64,000 nucleotides of DNA from Squalus acanthias. Its lineage: Eukaryota. The notes beneath the pieces are model-generated. The model was not told the DNA's origin. It did not search any database and saw only the letters and a program-made list of their open reading frames with translations. The DNA lies in the NCBI GenBank assembly GCA_030390025.1, contig CM059438.1, forward strand, positions 54,748,001 through 54,812,000, written 5' to 3'. Of this stretch, positions 12,135 through 24,885 are shown in pieces. Position numbers and translations under genes: made by a program. How positions within the stretch are numbered: position 1 is the first letter of the stretch; every line of letters begins with the position of its first letter.

Positions 12135-12329
12135 GTACATTGCCATCATCTACCCCTTGAAGCCCAGGCTGTCGTCCAGCTCGACTAAGATAGTGATTGG
12201 TGTTATCTGGCTCCTGGCCCTGGCTCTGGCATTCCCACAGTGTTTCTATGCCCATATTGTGCAATTCAACAACAGAGTGATCTGTGAAGTGGACTGGCCC
12301 GGGGATGTCGGAGGACAACATCAACTGAC
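12135..12329 (+). CDS. TACR2: Tachykinin receptor coding exon 2 (DRY completion, TM4, ECL2), 195 nt
   Basis: Acceptor ccgcacag|G TAC completes [16 protein letters not shown]...[15 protein letters not shown]...[11 protein letters not shown]; donor AC|GTAAGA. Confidence 0.9.
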
Positions 12330-13039
12330 GTAAGAATCTCTTTATCAATTCCCTCCAATCGCAGTCCTGCTGTTACAGCCAATGCTAATTGTAACCCATT
12401 TGTAATTGTGGACTATTTTTCCCCCCCAAAAAATGTCAAAGCTTCAGGGAAAAGACATCAATTGTTACAAATTAGGTGGAATTTTGCTCATAAACAACTG
12501 ATACCTCCGGGTGCAAAACCTTGAGCCACTGTAATTAGAATTTGTGTGAAAATGGCTGTGCTGTAGTTCATTGGAAGAAGCCATCAGGATAGGATATGCT
12601 TCAACCTTCATTGTGTTTGGTAGTTGGCAATTCTGGTTAAACCGAGGTTCTTGTGATTTGAAAACTGTGAGGCTGAGTGGTCAGGGCAATGAGAAGGACA
12701 AATGGAATTGCTTTTCCTGTCGTCATAAAGGTTTAATTATCCTGATAGTCTGGACTTCAGGGAATCCACCAATCATTGTTGATACCCCTACAGCCCTACA
12801 CACTCTGTGACCAGTACTGCCCCCTACTTGAAGCACAAGGGCTTTGATTCCAGCAGTGTTCAGCTTGTGTCTGACCATCTGTACATGACACTGCAGGTCA
12901 ATGTCCAATTCCCAGGAAGCACTCAGCACTTCCGGTACTTTGCCAGGTCTGAGGAATCCTTCAGCAAAACCCAGCCAAAGTTTGCCAGATCAGCGTGGTG
13001 AGCGGCATTCACCATAGCATGGCAATTCAGAGAGACATC

Positions 13040-13592
13040 GTATGATCATCTCCAACAAGAGATAATCTAACCATCTCCACTTGACATTCAATGGCATTAC
13101 CATCGCCGAATCCCCTACCGTCAACATCCTGGGGGGTCACCATTGACCAGAAACTCAACTGGACCAACCACATAAATACTGTGGCTGCAAGAGCAGGTCA
13201 GAGGCTGGGTATTCTGCAGCTCGTGGCTCACCTCCTGACTCCCCAAAGCCTTTCCACCACCTACAAGGCACATTTGATGGAATACTCTCCACTTGCCTGG
13301 ATGAGTGCAGCTCCAACAACACTCAATAAGCTCAACACCATCCAGGACAAAGCAGCCCACTTGATCAGCACCTCATCCACCACCTTAAACATTCACTCCC
13401 TGCACCACTGGTGCACGGTGGTTGCAGTGTGTACCATCTACAAGATGCATTGCAGCAACTCAGCAAGGCTTCTTCGACAGCACCTCCCAAACCCGCAACC
13501 TCTACCACGTAGAAAGACAAGGCAAGGCAGCAGGTGCACGGGAACACCACCACCTCCAAGTTCTCTTCCAAGTCACACACCATCCTGACTTC
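13040..13592 (+). mobile_element. Non-LTR retroelement RT C-terminal fragment (same family as 51912-53806)
   Basis: GVTIDQKLNWTNHINTVAARAGQRLGIL...MEYSPLAWMSAA. Confidence 0.85.
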
Positions 13593-15044
13593 AACTAGGA
13601 TTCACAGTCTATATTTAACTGCTAGTAATAGGTGTAACACCCCAATATCCTACCTGTAACTAGTAGTAATCCTATAACCCGCTGATATTCACCCTGAAAC
13701 TACAACCAGAATCCCCCTGCACTGCACAAGGTACAGTCAGGCTCCCCAGTCAATGCCACTTTTAACAGGCCTGATCTTGCTCCCCATCTCCTTGGATACT
13801 GGTTTGGACTCTGGTTCTGTGTGAAGCTGATAACTCTGAGCTGGGAGCCTCAGTTAGGGCTGATCTGCACTTGGACTTCACACATCAAAACCGGCTGGTA
13901 CAGACCGACCTGAACCAAACCAAGAGATCGCACAAAGGGCAGTGGGCTGAGTGTTTGGGGCTCTTCTCACAGGGCACATCCTAAACTCAGCTCAGCACCA
14001 ACATTTCTAAACCACTCCCCGGGCTCGGACTCAATAAAGGAGAGTGTTCATAGAATGATAGAAATTACAGCACAGGAGGAGGCCATTCAGCCCCAGTGCC
14101 TGTGCTGGCACTGGCGATCTCTCCTGTAACTCCATTCCCCCAGATCCACTTGTATTCCTCCTTTTCAGATACTTATCCCCTTCCCTTTTAAATTAAATAT
14201 TAGTCTCTGCCTCAATAACCACTTGTGGTGAAGGATCCCATGGTCTAATAACCCTCGGTTTAAGAACCTTGCTCCTTCCTTCCCCCTTGTTTCTTCCAGT
14301 GAGAATCCTCGGTTTCCATCCCCTTGTTCCCCATTCACCCACAAGTGGAAACAATCTTTCACTATTTACCCACAATAAAATCCCCAGGTTTCACTCACCC
14401 CTTTACTTGCTGCTCCTCTCTCTCAATGCCGCTCCCACTCTTCACATTGCTGCTGCTCCAGGCTCTACAGAAAATGCTGGGCCCCACACCCATCCCATTC
14501 CCCAATCTCCCTATCTCCCCCCCCCCCCCCGCCAGCTTGTGCCCCATTCCCCCCGACCTGGAGTCTCCCTTTCTTTTCCCCCCGCCGTGCTCCCCAACCC
14601 CAATCCCAGTCTCCCTCTCTCACTCCCGCTCAAGCCCTAATCCCCGCCGACCCACAGTCTCCCTTTCTCCCCCGCCCAAACCCCAATCTCTTGACCCACA
14701 TTCCCGAGTCCCATCTCTCACCATTCCCCAGTCTCCCCCTCTCCTCCATCGCCCTCTCTCTCCCTGACCCCTGACCCCAGTCTGCTGTCACTCTCCCACA
14801 AACCCCAATCCCCAAATTCAGCTCTTAGTCACCTACAATCTTTTGCCCCCCTAGTCCCACACATCTCACAACTGCAGCTCTCTCTCTCTCTCTCTCTCTC
14901 ACACCCAGACTCTGGAAGTGGAGACTGGCTCTCTGCGAGATGGGTGACTTCACAGGGTGGGCGAGTACTGCTTCTGCGGTAAGAAGGTTCAAGCATGAAG
15001 TTCTCCGGGGTTGCTAGCAGCAGTATTGCTGATATGGCAATATT

Positions 15045-15480
15045 ATCTAGGCCTGTATTCTCTTGAATTCAGAAGAATGAGAGGGGATCTCATTGAAGCA
15101 TACAAAATTATTACAGGGCTTGATAGGGTGGATGCTGGGAGAATGTTTACCTTGGCTGGGGAGTCTAGAACCAGGGGCCACAGCCTCAGGATAAAGGGTA
15201 GGCCATTCAGGACTGAGATGAGAAGAAATTTCTTCACACAGAGAGTGGTGAATCTTTGGAATTATCTACCCCAGAGGGTTGTGGAGGCTCAGTCATTGGG
15301 TATATTCAAAACAGAAGTCGATAGATTTCTGACTAGTAAGGGCATCAAGGGATATGATGATAGGGCCGGTGAATGGAGTTGAGGTAGAAGATCAGCCATG
15401 ATCTCATTGAATGGCGGAGCAGGCTCGAAGGGCCGAATGGAATACTCCTGCTCCTATTTCTTATGTTCTTATGTTCTTAT
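15045..15480 (+). mobile_element. CR1 3' fragment
   Basis: LGLYSLEFRRMRGDLIE...; (TTCTTATG)n tail. Confidence 0.92.
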
Positions 15481-15689
15481 CAAGAGCCATGGATCAGATG
15501 TTGCATCCCTGGGTATTTCCAAAGTTCACCAGCTGGTTTGCCTATTGGATTCTCTCTCTCTCTCTCTGATTCTCTTTTTTTCTCTCTTTTTCTCTGATGG
15601 TGCACTAAACGTACAGTGATTTAATAAAGAAGCTAACTGATCAGGATGTAGTCATGTGTTTGCACCTTGACATCATTGTGTGGACCGAA

Positions 15690-15870
15690 CATGTCTTGCT
15701 CACCTGCTCAGAGGTTAGGGTCACATGTGATACTTCACTAATGCGCTCTGTCAGCGCCAGCCATGCTGTTCTGGCTGTATTCATTTCAGGGTGGCTCTCT
15801 CCTTCAATTGAACCAAGCTCTGCTGCACGACTTTTGGTGGAGGACCCTCAGTGCCTGGTTGCTTAATGGG
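15690..15870 (-). pseudogene. Degenerate Harbinger Myb/SANT-like remnant
   Basis: Minus strand reads ...ARTAWLALTERISEVSHVTLTSEQ, resembling the W..(I/V)A..V....RT..Q trihelix pattern of other copies here. Confidence 0.35.
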
Positions 15871-17433
15871 ACCAATCTGCCCCCAACCATTCTTCATCCT
15901 AAGTCCACATATTGCTTTAATAGTGAACAGCAGCTTTAAAGACTGCTGCACAGGCAACCTCGTAGCCTGACCTCAGCGCACCCACAGCGCAGCACACACT
16001 AAGCATTGGGAGTGTCATCAAAATATATGAATGAACTGACCTTGCATTATTGCCCCAGTGTGTGCACAGCCACTGATGGGCAGGTCCTGGAATTATCCAT
16101 TCCAGGGAGTTCTTCCTGTACTATCACCAATAAATGCTACTCATAGGGGCCAATAATGCAATGGCGGGCTGAAGTGCATGGGACACTCTCTCCCAGAAAA
16201 CCAGGTATAGCGGATGGAGGACTAAAACACACCTGAGGCAACGAGAGCAGAGGGGCTGAAAGCTTGCACTCAGCCTGTGAGCTGGGCTCACCAGGCTCCC
16301 AAGCTGCCCCATAATGTATGCTGCCCCCACCAGGTCAGTGTCCAACTCACAATGGGCAGCCAGCTGGCCTTCACTGGGGCTGGCACCCCACAATGCAGCC
16401 TGGCACTCATTATGTAAGGGGGTGCAGGGCTTTTTCTGGCAGTCTGGTGCTCAGACTGCATTATCAGCCGCATAGTGTTCCTGTTGTACTATCACAGCAT
16501 AACACTCACTCATTGGGGCTGATAATGCAAGCTGTGTGCAATGCTTATCAGGCTGTCTGCGCACCACGGCAGAACCAACCTTGCCAGATAACACAAGGTC
16601 AGCTAACTTGAAAACTTTCTTGGCATACTTATAATCTCTTACACTGGGCCATGTTACCAAGTCACCGTGCTGCCAGTACTAGGGAATCAGACTGAGACAG
16701 GGCTACAACTCCCTCATTGCTGCTCTGAGGTCAGCTCCCCTACAGGTCACTGAACATGCTGAGTGAATGGAGTAGGGGAATAGCAGGAGTTGGCACTGGG
16801 TTAGTGGTTGAGACAGAAACTGCCAACATTCAAGATTAGATTGGATAGGTGGATGAAGGAATATGGGAACAGAGTAGGAAATGTGATTAGGACTAATTGC
16901 TTTTGTTGGGGGTAAACACTGACACAGACAGGTTGGGCCGAATGGCCTATTTCCATGTTGTAACTTCTATGTATTTCTAGATGATGCAGTTGTCTCTTGG
17001 TAATGGCACATCCCTATCTCGCTGCCTCTCTCTTAAATAAGTACAGGGCAATGGCAGCCATTTCATCAGCAGTTGTGGTGCTTCCACTTGCAGATAATCT
17101 CTGAGCTCCATCCCTTGGGACAACCACTGAACCCAGCAGCCAGCCACCTCACCTCCTCCTCCTACTGGGAGTGCACTTCGAGAAGCACAAGGTTAGGGAG
17201 AATTGGTGAATCCCATACACTGATTCAATGCAGCCTACAAAACCAGTAAAAGCTGACTAACAAGTTCAAATAAACTGGCACAACTCCAAAATCTGATGAC
17301 TCAAGAATGGTTTTAATTATAGGCCTCTGGAATTTGAAAATAAATGGCTGCAGAGCTTTGAAGGTAAACCCAACGTTTATAACTCCTCCATTTTGAATGT
17401 GCCACCATTGTTTGCTGGTACCCAACAGGTGAA

Positions 17434-18266
17434 GGGTTGGATTTTAGGAGACCTAGAGAGCCCACTGCAGGTGACCCTCCCCTGTGCTGAGCATAGGTAG
17501 AGTGAGGCACGTACATGCATTAGCTGCATCATAGAGCACGCCATGGGCATGTTGCTTCTGGTACTGAGACCAGCCCGGTGGGGTGGGCCGGTGGCAGATG
17601 GGGGTGTCTGCAGTATAGACCACAGTCTCTAGGATCATCATCATGGTTATTTACATTCTCTATAACAGGCACTCAACTGCAACAAAAACTAAAGCCAGTG
17701 AGCACCCTGAATACTTCAGTCCTCCTTGCATTCTTCCATTCCTGATCCCTCACAATCCCAACGTTCTCATGACCGTGTTCATGTGACAGTTCCCACATAC
17801 AGTAAATGGAGTTAGCGATCCAGGCTATTAGTCCTGGGAGAACATGAAGTTGGGGGGGGGGGGGGGTGGAGGGAAGGAGGCAGCGGGAGCCCTCTTGTAC
17901 CGAAGCCACTCTTAGACCCTGCTTGGGAGCAGGTGTGGGTTCAGTAGGCGCATAGCTAAGGAAATTGATGCCAGAGAGGGCTGGTTACCTCCGACTGCAG
18001 GCCGTTAATTCCCATCAGGGAAAAATAACAAATAATAATGTCCTATTCAGCCCGAGAAGGGTCTGTGGCTTCCCCCATTGATGCCAATGAGTGGGGGGGG
18101 GGTGCCTCTGAGGTCCCACTACAGGCACGGGCTACTGGCCCTGAATATTAAAATGAACTCATCCCTGGGATTTGGGAATGGGGTCAATGTCCTTCACAGT
18201 CAGGGGCCGGAATTCCAGTTCCATCTCAATTGCGAAAGTGGAGCAGGGCTGCAGAAATTTCAGCCC
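17434..18266. mobile_element. Degenerate MITE-like element
   Basis: Imperfect terminal inverted repeats GGGTTGGATTTT / AAATTTCAGCCC. Confidence 0.35.
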
Positions 18267-18579
18267 CTGACTGTCAGAGACAGACAATGTCGGTTGGTGT
18301 GTATGTGATTGAACTGTGTGTCCTGACAGTTCTCCTGTTCTCAGTCCCTTTCAGGTGGTGAGGGAGAAATTGAGGCTGCGCTCATGGGTGCTCAGGTACA
18401 GCTTGGGGCCAGTGGAGGGAAAGCTGCACATGGATGAGCATTCGGCACGTGTGGGACTGACTGTTCTGCATTGGTGGAATTTGCTGAAATGTTTGCACTG
18501 TTACACCTTTTGTCCGACGATCGATTCTGCTATATTGTGCTCAGCCCTGCTTCTTGCTCCTCTTCTTCACCTAGCTCCA

Positions 18580-19005
18580 CTTTCATTCAGCCCCTTTGCA
18601 GGGGCAAGTTGTGGAGGACACAGCAGTCAACAATAATCTTACTGCCATTGACTGAGCTATACGGTAGGGCTGATTGACCAGGGCACTAGAATCACTGCTT
18701 GACGATGTGGATGGTGTGTTCCACTTTGAACCTGATGGTTGTATGGGCCATATTGTCCCTATACTGCACTCAACATCAGGTATACTACTAATGTTATGAC
18801 TCCCAGCCTTGGAGCATATCCTTGGTAACCCACAAACCATCCTTGGAGTCTTAGGCCTTCAAGCAAGGCTGGCAAGGTTGACTGCTGCAGAATGAAGGAT
18901 TCGTGCCGTGGAAATGTGCATGTACCTGCAATGATTGTGTTGCTGTGGTTGCAGATCACCTGTATGTTAATGGAACGGTGGCTCTTCCTGTTCATGAATG
19001 GCAAA
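18580..19005 (-). pseudogene. Ancient Harbinger (HARBI1-type) transposase remnant
   Basis: FMNRKSHRSINIQVICNH...HESFILQQS...GWFVGYQGY then NMAHTTIRFKVEHTI...IIVDCCVLHNL, collinear with the transposases at 30565 and 48628. Confidence 0.75.
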
Positions 19006-19415
19006 GAGTTAGTGCTAGAGGTAGGTTCGGCCCCCTTAGTGCGGTCAGTGATTGCAGGAATCCAGCCATGATGGTGGAATGAATGAGAGGCCGCTTCTCA
19101 CTGGTGGCTACTTTCTAGGGAAAACAAGATAAAATTCCCAACCCAGTCAAACAATGTGTCATTACTACTTGATCCAATAGTGGACTGAAGGTTGGGAGAT
19201 GTGTCCGAGACCTCCCTGGAAGGACCCTGTTCTCTCAGCAACTCTCTTACTCTGCTATCTTGATGTCGTGGATAAAGAAGGTTAGAGAAACATCCTACAG
19301 CCTTCCAGCCTCTTATTTTCGATTTTAATAATGTTTGTGCTCATTGTGGTGAGGGACAGTGATACTGAGAACTCACTGTTCGCATTCACTGCTCACAGAA
19401 CAGTTACAGTGCAGC

Positions 19416-20004
19416 CAGATACAGAGTAAAACTCCCTTTACACTGTCCCATCAAACCCTCCCAGGGCAGGTACAGCACGGGCTAGATACAGAGTAAAGCC
19501 CCCTCTACACTGTCTCATCAAACACTCCCAGGGCAGGTGCAGCACAGGGTTAGATACAGAATAAAGCTCCCTCTACACTGTCCCATCAAACACTCCCAGG
19601 GCAGATACAACACGGGTCAGATACAGAGTAAAGCTCCCTCTACACTGTCCCATCAAACACTCCCAGGGCAGGTACAGCACGGGTTAGATAAAGAGTGAAG
19701 CCCCCTCTACACTGTCCCATCAAAGACTCCCAGGGCAGGTGCAGCACAGGGTTAGATACAGAATAAAGCTCCCTCTACACTGTCCCATCAAACACTCCCA
19801 GGGCAGGTACAGCACGGGTTAGATACAGAGTAAAGCTCCCTCTACACTGTCCCATCAAACACTCCCAGGGCAGGTACAGCACGGGTTAGATACAGAGTAA
19901 AGCTCCCTTTACACTGTCCCATCAAATACTCCCAGGGCAGATACAGCACGGGTTAGATACAGAATAAAGCCCCCTCTACACTGTCCCATCAAACACTCCC
20001 AGGG
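19416..20004. repeat. Second array of the 67-bp tandem repeat, about 9 copies
   Basis: Same unit and orientation as 6736-7600. Confidence 0.96.
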
Positions 20005-20285
20005 AAGAGCCTTTCATCCCATCGGCCTGAGTTGGAGGTAAATGCAGGTCCCCGATCTCCCCTCCTGCACGTCACTGTGCCTATTTTATAAAGTGTTATG
20101 TGCTGCGAGTGTACTGCGTTTTCCGAATGAAATGTGGTTCACTTCTCGGAGATGTTACTGCTATCTAACCCCCACTGCCCCCACCCCGCCCCACTGTAAC
20201 AAACATTTTTTTCTTTAATGATTCTAGGGTTTATGTTTCCATACCAATATCCAGAAGATTATTCCACACGTTGATCACTCTTTGT

Positions 20286-21137
20286 GAATCGAATTATAGA
20301 AATTTACATCACAGAAGGAGGCCATTCACCCATTGTGTCTGTACCTGCCGAAAAAGAGCTATCCAGCCCAATCCCACTTTCCAGCTCTTGGTCCGTAGCC
20401 CTGTAGGTTATGGCACTTCAAGTGCATATCCAAGTACTTTTCAAATGCGATGAGGGTTTCTGCCTCTACCACCCTTTCAGGCAGTGAGTTCCAGACCCCC
20501 ACCACCCTCTGGGTGAAATAAGTTCTCCTCAACTCCCCTCTAATCCTTCTACCAATTACTTTAAATTTATACCCCCTGGTTATTGACCTCTCTGCTAAGG
20601 GAAAAAGATCCTTCCTATCCACTCTATCTAGGCCCCTCAATTTTATACACCTCAATTATATCTCCCCTCAGCCTCCTCTATTCCAAAGATAACAACCCCA
20701 GCCTATCCAATCTTTCCTCATAGCTAAAATTCTCCAGTCCTGCCAACCAGCACGGACTCGATGGGCTGAATGGCCTCCTTCTGTGCCTCTATGACTCTAT
20801 GACATCCTCGCAAATCTCCTCTGTACTCTCTCTAGTGTAATCACATCTTTCCTGTAATGTGGTGACCAGAACTGTATGCAGTACTCTAGCTGTGGCCTAA
20901 CTAACGTTTTATACAGTAGTAGCATAACCTCCCTGCTCTTATATTCTATGCCACGGCTAATAAAGGAAAGTATCCCATATGCCTTCTTAACCAGATTATC
21001 TACCTGTCCTGCTACCTTCAAGGGATCTGTGGACATGCACTCCAAGGTCACTCTGTTCCTCTACACGTCTCAGTATCCAACCATTTATTGTGTATTCCCT
21101 TGCCTTGTTTACCTCCCCAATGCATTACCTCACACTT
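20286..21137 (-). mobile_element. CR1 3' fragment with a short + strand CR1 tail inserted near 20747-20800
   Basis: ORFs 20359-20655 and 20797-21051(-) with RPQLEYCIQFWSP and FTQRVVGVWNSLP. Confidence 0.9.
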
Positions 21138-22665
21138 CAACAACAACAACAACTTGTATTTATATAGTGCCTTTAATGCAGTAAAACGTCCCAAGGCGCT
21201 TCACAGGAGTATTATAAGGCAAAAAATTTGACACCGAGCCACATAAGGAGAAATTAGGACAAATGACCAAAAGCTTGGTCAAAGTTAGATTTTATGGAGC
21301 GTCTTAAAAGAGGAAAGCGAGGCAGAGAGGTTTAGGGAGGAATTCCAGAGCTTAGGGCCCAGGCAACAGAAGGTACGGCCACCAATGGTTGAGCGATTAT
21401 AATCAGGGATGCTCAAGAGGGCAGAATTAGAGGGGTCTGACAAATTAGAGCCAGTGGAGGGTTTGAGAGAGGTGGTGGTGAGGTAGAGCTGGGTGTCATC
21501 AGCGTACATGTGGAAACAGATGCTGTGTTTTCGGGTGATGTCACCAAGGGGCAGCATGTAGATAAGAAATAGGAGGATGCCAAGTATAGATCCTTGGGGG
21601 ACACCAGAGGTAACGATGTGGGAGTGGGAAGAGAAGCCATTGCAGATGATTCTCTGGCTACAATTAGATAGATAAGAATGGAACCAGGCGAGTGCAGTCC
21701 CACTCAGCTGGACGATGGTGGAGAGGCATTGGAGAAGGATGGAGTGGTCAACCGTGTCAAAGGCTGCAGACAGGTCAAGAAGGGAGAGGAGGGATAGTTT
21801 ACCTTTGCACAGTCACAAAGGATGTTATTTGTGACTTTGATGAGAGCCGTTTCGGTACTGTGGCAGGGGCGGAAACCTGATCGGAGGGATTCAAACATGG
21901 AGTTGCAGGAAACGGGCATGGATTTGGGAGGCGACAACACGTTCAAGGACTTGAGAGGAAAGAGAGGTTGGAGATGGGCCGATAGTTTGCAAGGGCAGAG
22001 GGGTCAGGGGTTGTTTATTTGAGGAGAGGGGTGATGATGGCAGATTTGATGGAGAGGGGGACAGTACTTGAGGAGAGAGAACCGTTAACAATATCAGCTA
22101 ACATGGGAGCCAGAAAAGGAAGTTGGGTGGTCAGCAGTTTGGTGGGAATAGGGTCGAGGGAGCAGGAAGTGAGTCTCATGGACAAGATGAGGGTGAGAGG
22201 TCATGAGGGGAGATCGGAGAGAAACTGGAGAAAGATGTGAGTTCAGGGTGAGAGCAGGGGGGATCCTTAGAGGAAGTTTGCCCGGTGGACTAGGGGAAGG
22301 AAGGGAAGTGGCAGAGGCAGCTGAACGGATGGACTCAATCTTAGAGACAAAGAAGTCCATGAGTTCCTCACACTTGTTGTTGGAGGTGAGGGTGGAGGAG
22401 ACAGGGGAGAGGGGTTTAAGAAGATGGTTAGCAGTAGAGAATAGAAGCCGAGGTTTATCTTTGCATTCCAGAATGATTCTGGAATAGTGAACAGTTTTGG
22501 CAGACGAGAGCAGGACCCGATAATGCTTTATGTGGTCCAGCCAGATCTAGCAGTGAATGGCTAAACCAGTTGTCCGCCATATCCGTTCAAGTCTGCGTCC
22601 TTTGGACTTAAGCGAGCGAAGATGAGGGCCGTACCAGGGGGAACAGCCAGGGTGAGAGAGTAGGA
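21138..22665 (-). mobile_element. L2 LINE, deleted and frameshifted
   Basis: FHMYADDTQLY, SGFRPCHSTETALIKV, MDFFVSKIESIRS; (TTG)n tail. Confidence 0.9.
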
Positions 22666-23857
22666 TGGGACAGTTGAGGTTGCTGCTCGTAAGGAGGCAG
22701 CGACGAGTGCCTCTATGGGCCCTTTTTAGGATGCCAACAGAGGCACAGAGGGAAGCTGTAGGCTTATCTAAGAGGGAGTCAAGCCTGGGACAGTGGCAGG
22801 AGAGAAGGAAGGTCGAAGAGTAATGAAGGGTTGGGCTAGGGATTTGGGAGGGCAGTGTATCCGAGAGAGGAGAGATGAAAGGAGGCCTGATGACGAGAGA
22901 CCGGTCAGGGAGGGATAAAGAGAAAAGGAAAAGGGGGGAGAAAAAAGTGGAAATAGAAGTGATTGGCTCGGGTCCGGAGTGGCAGCCAAAGTGCGCACGT
23001 GAATAGACACAGGGAAAAGCTCAGGTTACATAGGCCTGGTTATGTAGTAATTAATGGGATACATATTTCCTGGTAGCAGGGAATAGGTTGGAGACAATAG
23101 TAGGGAGAGTATTGTCAAAGTCAGGGGTCCCACGGAGGGACAAAGCCAATGTAAGCAGGCTGAAGCCAGCACGGAGCATCGATGAACCGCTGTCCAAATT
23201 CAGAGACAGATGTAGCAGACGAGTGAAGTTCAGAAGCTATTTGAAGGGTAGAGAGTTGGAGGATGGAGGTTGTTGCCGTAGGAATGAGAATCGGTAGTGG
23301 TGCAGAAAGATGATGGCGAAACTGACACAAGTTGGATGTCACCGTAGATCAAAAGCGGTGGAGAAAATGTAAAACCATAAGTCAGCGACTAGCAAAGAGT
23401 GTAATCCAGTGTAGTTCAAAACAGAAACGTAGTCTAGATGTCCAGAGAAGTCCAGGAGATCGGAAACCAATTTGAGAAAAGAATTCAGCAGCTTAAAACT
23501 TGAAGGGACTGAATAGCAGAGCAGAGTCACAGCAGCTTAGTCAAACAGTGTAGTCAGTAGAGCAGCATAGTCCTGTTGGCAGAGGAATCCAGTGATGGAA
23601 GTCAAATTTCAGCAGAGTTCCAGCAGTTGAAAAGAGCTCAGTGAGAACAAAGAAAGCAGGCTCATTGGATGGGCAGTGGACTCTGCAGCGGTAGCTTTAA
23701 CATGTAGTTTGAACTTATAGTTTGGGCTGAACTGCCTTCACTATCAGAGCCAAGGTATCTTAAGCAGTGGAAGAAAGGAGATTGGGGGAAGAAAGGGCAA
23801 AGGATGACAATGGATGACCAAGGATACAGTTGAAGAGAAGAGCAGCTCAGTAAGGAG

Positions 23858-24440
23858 CCAGAACTGGACACAGTGCTCAAAGTGGGTCTGACCAGAACTG
23901 GACCCAGTGCTCAAAGTGGGTCTGACCAGAACTGGACACAGTGCTCAAAGTGGGTCTGACCAGAACTGGACCCAGTGCTCAAAGTGGGTCTGACCAGAAC
24001 TGGACACAGTGCTCAAAGTGGGTCTGACCAGAACTGGACACAGTGCTCAAAGTGGGTCTGACCAGAACTGGACACAGTGCTCAAAGTGGGTCTGACCAGA
24101 ACTGGACACAGTGCTCAAAGTGGGTCTGACCAGAACTGGACACAGTGCTCAAAGTGGGTCTGACCAGAACTGGACACAGTGCTCAAAGTGGGTCTGACCA
24201 GAACTGGACCCAGTGCTCAAAGTGGGTCTGACCAGAACTGGACACAGTGCTCAAAGTGGGTCTGACCAGAACTGGACCCAGTGCTCAAAGTGGGTCTGAC
24301 CAGAACTGGACCCAGTGCTCAAAGTGGGTCTGACCAGAACTGGACCCAGTGCTCAAGATGGGTCTGACCAGAACTGGACCCAGTGCTCAAGATGGGTCTG
24401 ACCAGAACTGGTACCAATACTCGAGGTGGGTCTGACCAGA
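23858..24440. repeat. 34-bp minisatellite, about 16 copies
   Basis: Unit CCAGAACTGGAC(A/C)CAGTGCTCAAAGTGGGTCTGA. Confidence 0.97.
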
Positions 24441-24559
24441 AGTGGGACGGCGGGGGCGGGGGCAGGCATCCAACCCGCTCCCAGGAGGCGGGTTGGCACT
24501 TTAAATATTATAATGACACTCCGTGCCTCATGGTGATCCACCATTTTAAATTAAACTCT

Positions 24560-24838
24560 GGGTTAGGAGCTAAATTAAAAAGTAGGACCTCTAAGGTAGT
24601 AATCTCTGGATTGCTACCAGGGCCACGTGCTAATCAGAATAGAGAGAACAGGAAAGTGAGATTGAATACGTGGCTTGAGCAGTGGTGCAGGAGGGAGGGA
24701 TTCAAATTCCTGAGGCATTGGAACCAGTTCTGGGGGAAGTGGGACCTGTACAAAAGGGACGGTCTGCACTTGGGCAGGACTGGAACCGATGTCCTCGGGG
24801 TAATATTTGCTAAAGCAGTTCGGGAGGATTTAAACTAA
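24560..24838 (+). CDS. CR1 ORF1 C-terminal part, SGNH esterase-like (5'-truncated)
   Basis: VVISGLLP...LNTWLEQWCRREGFKFL...YKRDGLHL; DxxH motif; ends DLN*. Confidence 0.85.
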   Translation, partial: GLGAKLKSRTSKVVISGLLPGPRANQNRENRKVRLNTWLEQWCRREGFKFLRHWNQFWGKWDLYKRDGLHLGRTGTDVLGVIFAKAVREDLN

Positions 24839-24885
24839 TATGGCAGGGGAATGGGAACCTATGTAGCGAAACAGGGGGAAGTAAT

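Noticed and set aside
14269..14815. Pro-rich ORFs in intron 2
   Set aside because: C-rich low-complexity sequence without splice or domain support.
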